Assembly: GCA_951406725.2 (NCBI GenBank) | Contig: OX597838.1 | Coordinates: forward strand, 44,950,001 to 45,014,000 | Direction: 5' to 3' | Source: Octopus vulgaris | Taxonomy: Eukaryota | Length of the DNA: 64,000 bases | Shown: in pieces, positions 58,021 through 64,000 of the stretch | How positions within the stretch are numbered: the stretch's first letter is position 1 | Layout of the letters: every line of letters starts with the position of its first letter | Position numbers and translations under genes: made by a program | Notes under the pieces: generated by a model | Database searches by the model: none | Told to the model about the DNA's origin: nothing | Seen by the model: the letters and a program-made list of their open reading frames with translations, nothing else

Positions 58021-58886
58021 ATATATATTTATTTAGATATATATATATATATGTACATATATGCATACATGCATACATGCATATATATATATATGCATGT
58101 ATGTATGTATATATGTATATATGTATATAAATATATATGAATCGTATCATCGTGTGATGAACTGAGAAACTTGCTCTTGAATTAGCGTTTCAGGCTCTGA
58201 GCATTTGAAAGACACATTTACACGCTGTGTGACAAATCGTCTTTTGAACTACAGGTACAATTCACCTGATGGGGCTTTTAGTCAGTTAATGAAGGACATC
58301 AGGCCCGATCTCTCACACACCGAAACCCTGTGGGCCTTGTAAGAAAATGCATAGCGCACCGTGCTTTCATTAAAGAAAAATAATTATTCCTTATTTCTTT
58401 GTCAACATTTTTCATTATTTAATTTCGTATCCATTTATTTTGACAAGTACCGTGACCATAGTTTCACAGACGTAGTTTAGTGTTACGTAATTTTCGAATG
58501 CAAAATGAAATTGTAATTTATCATTAGAGCAGTCATGATTGTGGGGTTGCACTTCGCACCCACGTGTTTTCGGGTTCAGTTTCATTATGCGGCACCTTGG
58601 GGAAGTGTCCTTCTTCTACTACAGCTCCGGGTAAACCGCTGCTTTATGGAGACTGTATGGGAGCTTATCGTGTGTATATATGTATATGTGTGCGTGTGTA
58701 CGTGTGTACGTGTGTGCATGAGCGTGCGAATGACCGTGTGTGTGCGCGCGCGCGATGGTGTATGTTACCCACACCACTTACATAATTATATCTGCCTGCC
58801 TTTTTATTATTCCATACATTAAATATGTTAACTCCACATCGCCGTTCGTCTTTCATACGAACGGCGTGTCTGTACCATTATTTTAA

Positions 58887-59267
58887 TCTCTTACTCGTTT
58901 CAGTCATGCTGGAGCATCGCCTTTAGTCGACGAAACTGACCCCAAGACTTATTCTTTGCAAACCTAGTACATATTCTGTCGCACTTTTTTGCCGAACTGT
59001 TAAGTTACAGGAACGTAAACACACCAAGCGATGGTGGGAGGCCTAACACAGACGCAGACACACAAAAATACATACCTATATATATATATATATATATATA
59101 TATACGACGGGCTTCTTTTAGTTTCCGTCTACCAAATCTACTCTTAAAACTTTGGTCGGCCCGAGGCTATAGTAGGAGACACTTGCCCAAGGTTCCACGC
59201 CGTAGGACTGAACCCGGAACCATGTGATTGGGAAGAAAGCTTCCCACCGCACAGCTACACCTGCGCC
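58887..59267 (-). mobile_element. SINE family 1 (internally deleted copy)
   Basis: Same head and body as 13619-14023. Confidence 0.85.
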
Positions 59268-59634
59268 ATTATGCCATGCATACTAAGAGTTTCATGCTTC
59301 ACATACGTCTATAATAATCTGTGGACTTCAGCGTATTATGAGCTCAAAGTACTCAAAAGTCTATCGATTATTATTAAAGAAAACTTTTTTGAAGTTCCAC
59401 TGAAATATTGATTGTCGAGAATTTTCTAAGGAAAATTATAGTTACTTCACAACAATAAAATTATGAACGCCTATTTTTGTAAAAATTCTTTTATATTATT
59501 ATTTACCTTTAGGAAAGACACAACGGGAAATGACAATAATATAAGAAAGATGTTTTAACAAAAATAGTCCTTTATAATTTTATTGTTGTGAAGTGACTTT
59601 CATTTTGCTCAAAAACCCCTCGACGTGAATTACG

Positions 59635-60800
59635 TCAGTTGATCTTTGAAATAACTTTCTTTTAATCTGAGTAAATTCCTGTTGATATCAAGCAAGCCAT
59701 TTTACTAACTTTGCTGATCTTGGTGGCGTACTGAATCCAGCACTCCCTAGCATGTTTTGTGCCTTTGGTGGGATCGACTCTGTGCAAGCATTTGGGAGCA
59801 GGTCGTCGGTGTGACGACCTCTCGAAGCCTTATCAAGAGTTATAAATACTGCTTTCCCTCTTAAAGATAAAATAGCAAGCAAGAAACCATTTTAGACGTA
59901 GCTGATCTGAAACGATTCAGAGACATGAGCGGAAACAACTTCATTTGATCTCTGAAACCACCACAGTTATAGAAAAATTGTTTCAGTTAAACTTAATATG
60001 AAACAAGTTGGTTGATCTCTGAATTTATCTTAGAAGAAACATCACGTAAGGACTTAAATCTTGAAATATCTTTCGTTGAGTTTTCAAGAGAACTTCACAC
60101 GTTCTTCTACTCAATTGCCATTGAAACAAAACTACTATAACAAATTCTGTTCATGTGATTCTGATAATATTTAATCCAAATCTCTGAAGCTATTTCAAAA
60201 GATGTGAAATGTGTTCAATAACTTCAATTGATATCTGTTTGATTCTAGATGCGCAATGAAAATATATTCAACATACCGAATACATTGTTAGTTGATCAAA
60301 AACAACTGAAATTCATCTCTGAAAACACGACATTTGATCTTTGAAGCAATTTTAGTTGAGCTTCATTTCAGTGAAAAATATTCAGTTAGATACTGAAACT
60401 ATTTTCTTCCATTTGGTATGAGACGAACGTTTGCTGATCTGAAACGAATGCACTGATCTCTGAAACTACTTCAAGCTATCTTTAAAAAGTTATTCATGAC
60501 TGGGAAATACTTCAGTTGCCCATGAAAAGAAATCAGGAAATCTATGAAATAATGTCGTTAATAAGAATTAACTTTCGCTCATATTTGAGACAAATACAAT
60601 TCAATGTTTGTATGAAAATATTTTAGTTGATCTCTAAAATAACTTCATTTTGATATCTGTCGTAAGTTTATATTAAGAAGTTCAATTTATCTGGATCACC
60701 TTTCCTGAACATTGATACAATAGCGCTGATCACTGAACGTTTATTTTATCTATAAAAGAACTCGGTTTAGATTTAAGAACAATTCACCTCTTTCATAGTT
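59635..60800 (+). repeat. Highly degenerate minisatellite, unit about gttgatctctgaaataacttca
   Basis: Recurrent tgatct(c)tgaa cores, e.g. near 59640, 59903, 59946, 60013, 60335, 60435, 60454, 60628. Confidence 0.6.
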
Positions 60801-61367
60801 ATTCACAATTCCTATCAGCCAAAACACAGCAAAGTGTTTTGTAATATTCATTTCAACTATCAAAGTAATTATGTTAACTTTGAATTTTCACGAATCGTAC
60901 GTCGAAATACACACATCAAATGCATAAATTCAAACAGCACAAACCGCCATAGCTAGCATAGAGTTATTCAGTTACCCACTCGATACGAAGTTTACTGTTA
61001 CGATTCATCCAATATGAAGAAAAAATAATAAAACGAAGATTATATTGATTGTATAAAGACACAATACAAATGGCTGGTCATCATTATATCGTAGCAACGG
61101 ACAACGAAACACAGAAGAGACAATAAAAAACATGAAACATAAATATATACGTCGCAAGAAAAGAAAGGACAGCGAACAATATCTAAAGTAATGTTTCAAA
61201 CTAAATACGTAACAAGAAAGTAATCGATGAGAGGAGTAACGAGTACATTATTTCATCGATAGGTGTCTCTCATTTTCACAATACTTTCTTAATCTCACTG
61301 TCATTATGTATGATATAGCCGTGGGGTGGGGATGTGAGTCTCTGTATGAGTGTGTCTGTGTGTGTGC

Positions 61368-61403
<36 letters not shown>

Positions 61404-61831
61404 ATGTGTGTGCGTGTGTATGCGTACGTGCGTGTGTGTGTGTGTGAGACTGTGTGCGTGCGTGTGTGTGTATGAATTTGTGAGTACTCAATGCTGCTTC
61501 AATGTTTATCTTTCTGCTTTAACTATTTACAAAAACATCAATATATGTATGGAGTTAAATTTCTATTAAGAAATCTTCCAGATACGTATGGACAAATATA
61601 GAGCAGAATTTTGGAAGTTTTGGAGCTGTTTGTTAGCATTTATGGTCATCCGCGGGCCACTTAATATATCGAAATGGTTAGGTTGCTGCAGTCACGATCG
61701 AGAGAACGTGGGTTCAGTTGAGTCGCCAGGCAGTCAATTCTTTCAAGTTGTTCAACAATCAATTCGACACCTAACACATTGTACGGGCACCTGTTCAGAT
61801 ATCCTCAGATATCCTCAGCATATATCGACCG

Positions 61832-61977
<146 letters not shown>

Positions 61978-62460
61978 GATGCATAGTTAGGTACATACAT
62001 ACAGACATATAATCACGAATACCAAAACAAAAAATGCTTCATATGTTCATTCAATCTATCAACAATTCTGTGGATAAGAATTAATTGATTGTGTTTTCTG
62101 ATTAAATAAACAGCAGATGAGTCATGATCTGACATGTCAGTGGCTTCACCAGAACAAAACAGAGTATGAACGCACACATTTATACTTACATAAATCTATA
62201 GATACAAACATCCATCCATACATGCATACATACATACATACATATATATATACACGTACAGATACAAAAATGCACGCGCGAACTCACACATACACATATA
62301 TACACACACACATATATATGTATAAACACACGTACACATTCCTATATATTTACATGCATTCATACATACACACATATATATAGGTGTATATATACACTTA
62401 TGTATGAAAATATGTACATATACTTATATGCATACATCCGTACATACATATACATAAATC

Positions 62461-62538
<78 letters not shown>

Positions 62539-62610
62539 TACATACATACATACACACACGCATATATATATATATATATATATATATGAAAATACGATAT
62601 CCAGGGGTAA

Positions 62611-62702
62611 TGCAGTACGATCGTTTCATGCGACTCCATTTAATTGAAGAATGCAATCATTTCATTACATCAATTTGAAATGTAGATCAATCTTCAGCTG
62701 CA
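62611..62702 (-). ncRNA. Type I hammerhead family B, third copy
   Basis: UGCAG-CUGAAGA...gcau-GAAA-cgaucg-UA-CUGCA; helix I differs from the 53957 copy yet stays paired. Confidence 0.72.
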
Positions 62703-63108
62703 CAAAGACATAGACATAGAATTTAATTAAATTAGAAGGACACATTAGTATAATTTTACCTAAAATCTACAAGAGGTTGAGGAGATAGCCACATATGTAT
62801 ATATGTACATATGTATGTATATATTATGTATGTATACATGTACGTATGTACACCTTCCTCACAGTATTCGTCAACCACATTGACTCACAAATAATTGGTG
62901 GCCGCAGTGCTATACGTCTATACTAGAATACCTTCCTCAAAAAGCTGCGCTCGTGAGACTGGTTGCAAAATGAGCTCGCTAGCCACACAGCCATATTCAT
63001 ACAATTAGTAGAAATATCTGTGGGTTTATTTCTTTCTTTCTCTCTTTTCACAGCAGTATTCAGTGAATTTTGAATTTTGTTTTAAAACTTGTTTTTCTTG
63101 TTTTACAG

Positions 63109-63240
63109 CGAATCCTTGCCCACCCTACAAACCGTTCCTTTGCAAGAGTTCGCACAAATGTATACCTTTATCGTCAGTTTGCGATGATATCCCAAACTGC
63201 GATGAAGGATTCGATGAAGACCCGGCATTATGTATAGCAT
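63109..63240 (+). CDS. Internal exon encoding an LDL-receptor class A module, prohormone-4 (IDLSRF-like peptide precursor)-like
   Basis: Polypyrimidine tract plus tacAG acceptor (63107-8); T|GTAAGT donor at 63241; 132 bp, phase 1-1; NPCPPYKPFLCKSSHKCIPLSSVCDDIPNCDEGFDEDPALCIA has 6 Cys and the acidic CD..DE calcium cage. Confidence 0.88.
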
Positions 63241-63375
63241 GTAAGTAGGTTTTTTTCGTATTTATTTTAAGAAATATTACCATACACACACACACGCGAC
63301 CGCACCTCACGCACAAACACGCACGTACCCTCACACAAACAAATACATGTATATATGTATATGTTTATATCCATA

Positions 63376-63407
<32 letters not shown>

Positions 63408-63570
63408 TAGGGATGGTATTATTAAAATACCATCACATATATATATATATATATATATATATGAGTGTGTGTGTCTGTGTGTGTGCGTGTATATATACAT
63501 ATAAATATTATATATGTATACGTATATATACCTTTATACATATGTATAGATATGCATATATATATATATA

Positions 63571-63618
<48 letters not shown>

Positions 63619-64000
63619 GATAAATAGATATATGCAATTGCGCAACAGAACAGAAATGGAGTAAAATCTTTATCTATATATCCTATATGACGAATATACA
63701 TCGTTGAAAGGCCAGAGCTGCATATTTCATCAGATGAAAGGCAAACAAATTTAGTGGTAATATGGTATTGTGCTAGAAAATAACATGGTTCAGTTCTACG
63801 CGAAACGAAGCCTCTCCATTCACATCACTGAACATTTTGAAATAGTTATCTGTATTAGAATAATAATGTGCGCAAGATGGAGAAATATCACTTGTCTTTT
63901 TCATGCCATAAAAGAAGGAAAATTCATTGACGATTGGTAAAGATCTTTCGAAATAGTCTGCCTTCAGAAAGTATGAGCACACGAGATCGGTTTTATGCTT

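Overview
Eukaryotic, AT-rich, microsatellite-saturated genomic DNA, most consistent with an octopus (inferred from repeat style and the tRNA-derived SINE families). Nearly all listed ORFs are microsatellite translation artefacts. The window holds one well-supported exon (LDL-receptor class A module, prohormone-4-like, 63109-63240, +) and one speculative two-exon secreted-peptide gene (31744-32131). Mobile elements include a 5'-truncated CR1-group LINE, a decayed Penelope-like element (PLE; RT thumb + GIY-YIG), Tc1/mariner and R4/Dong remnants, non-autonomous Helitrons, a hAT MITE and several SINE families. The main signal is a set of short repeat families embedded in (TA)n tracts that carry hammerhead ribozyme (HHR) motifs and often form fold-back palindromes centred in the ribozyme. 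One family (5 copies) has all hammerhead core motifs in a non-circularly permuted order (UH-strand, GAAA-strand, CUGANGA-strand), with compensatory base changes between copies: a candidate rearranged, pseudoknotted hammerhead. All structures were folded by eye; none was computed or tested.
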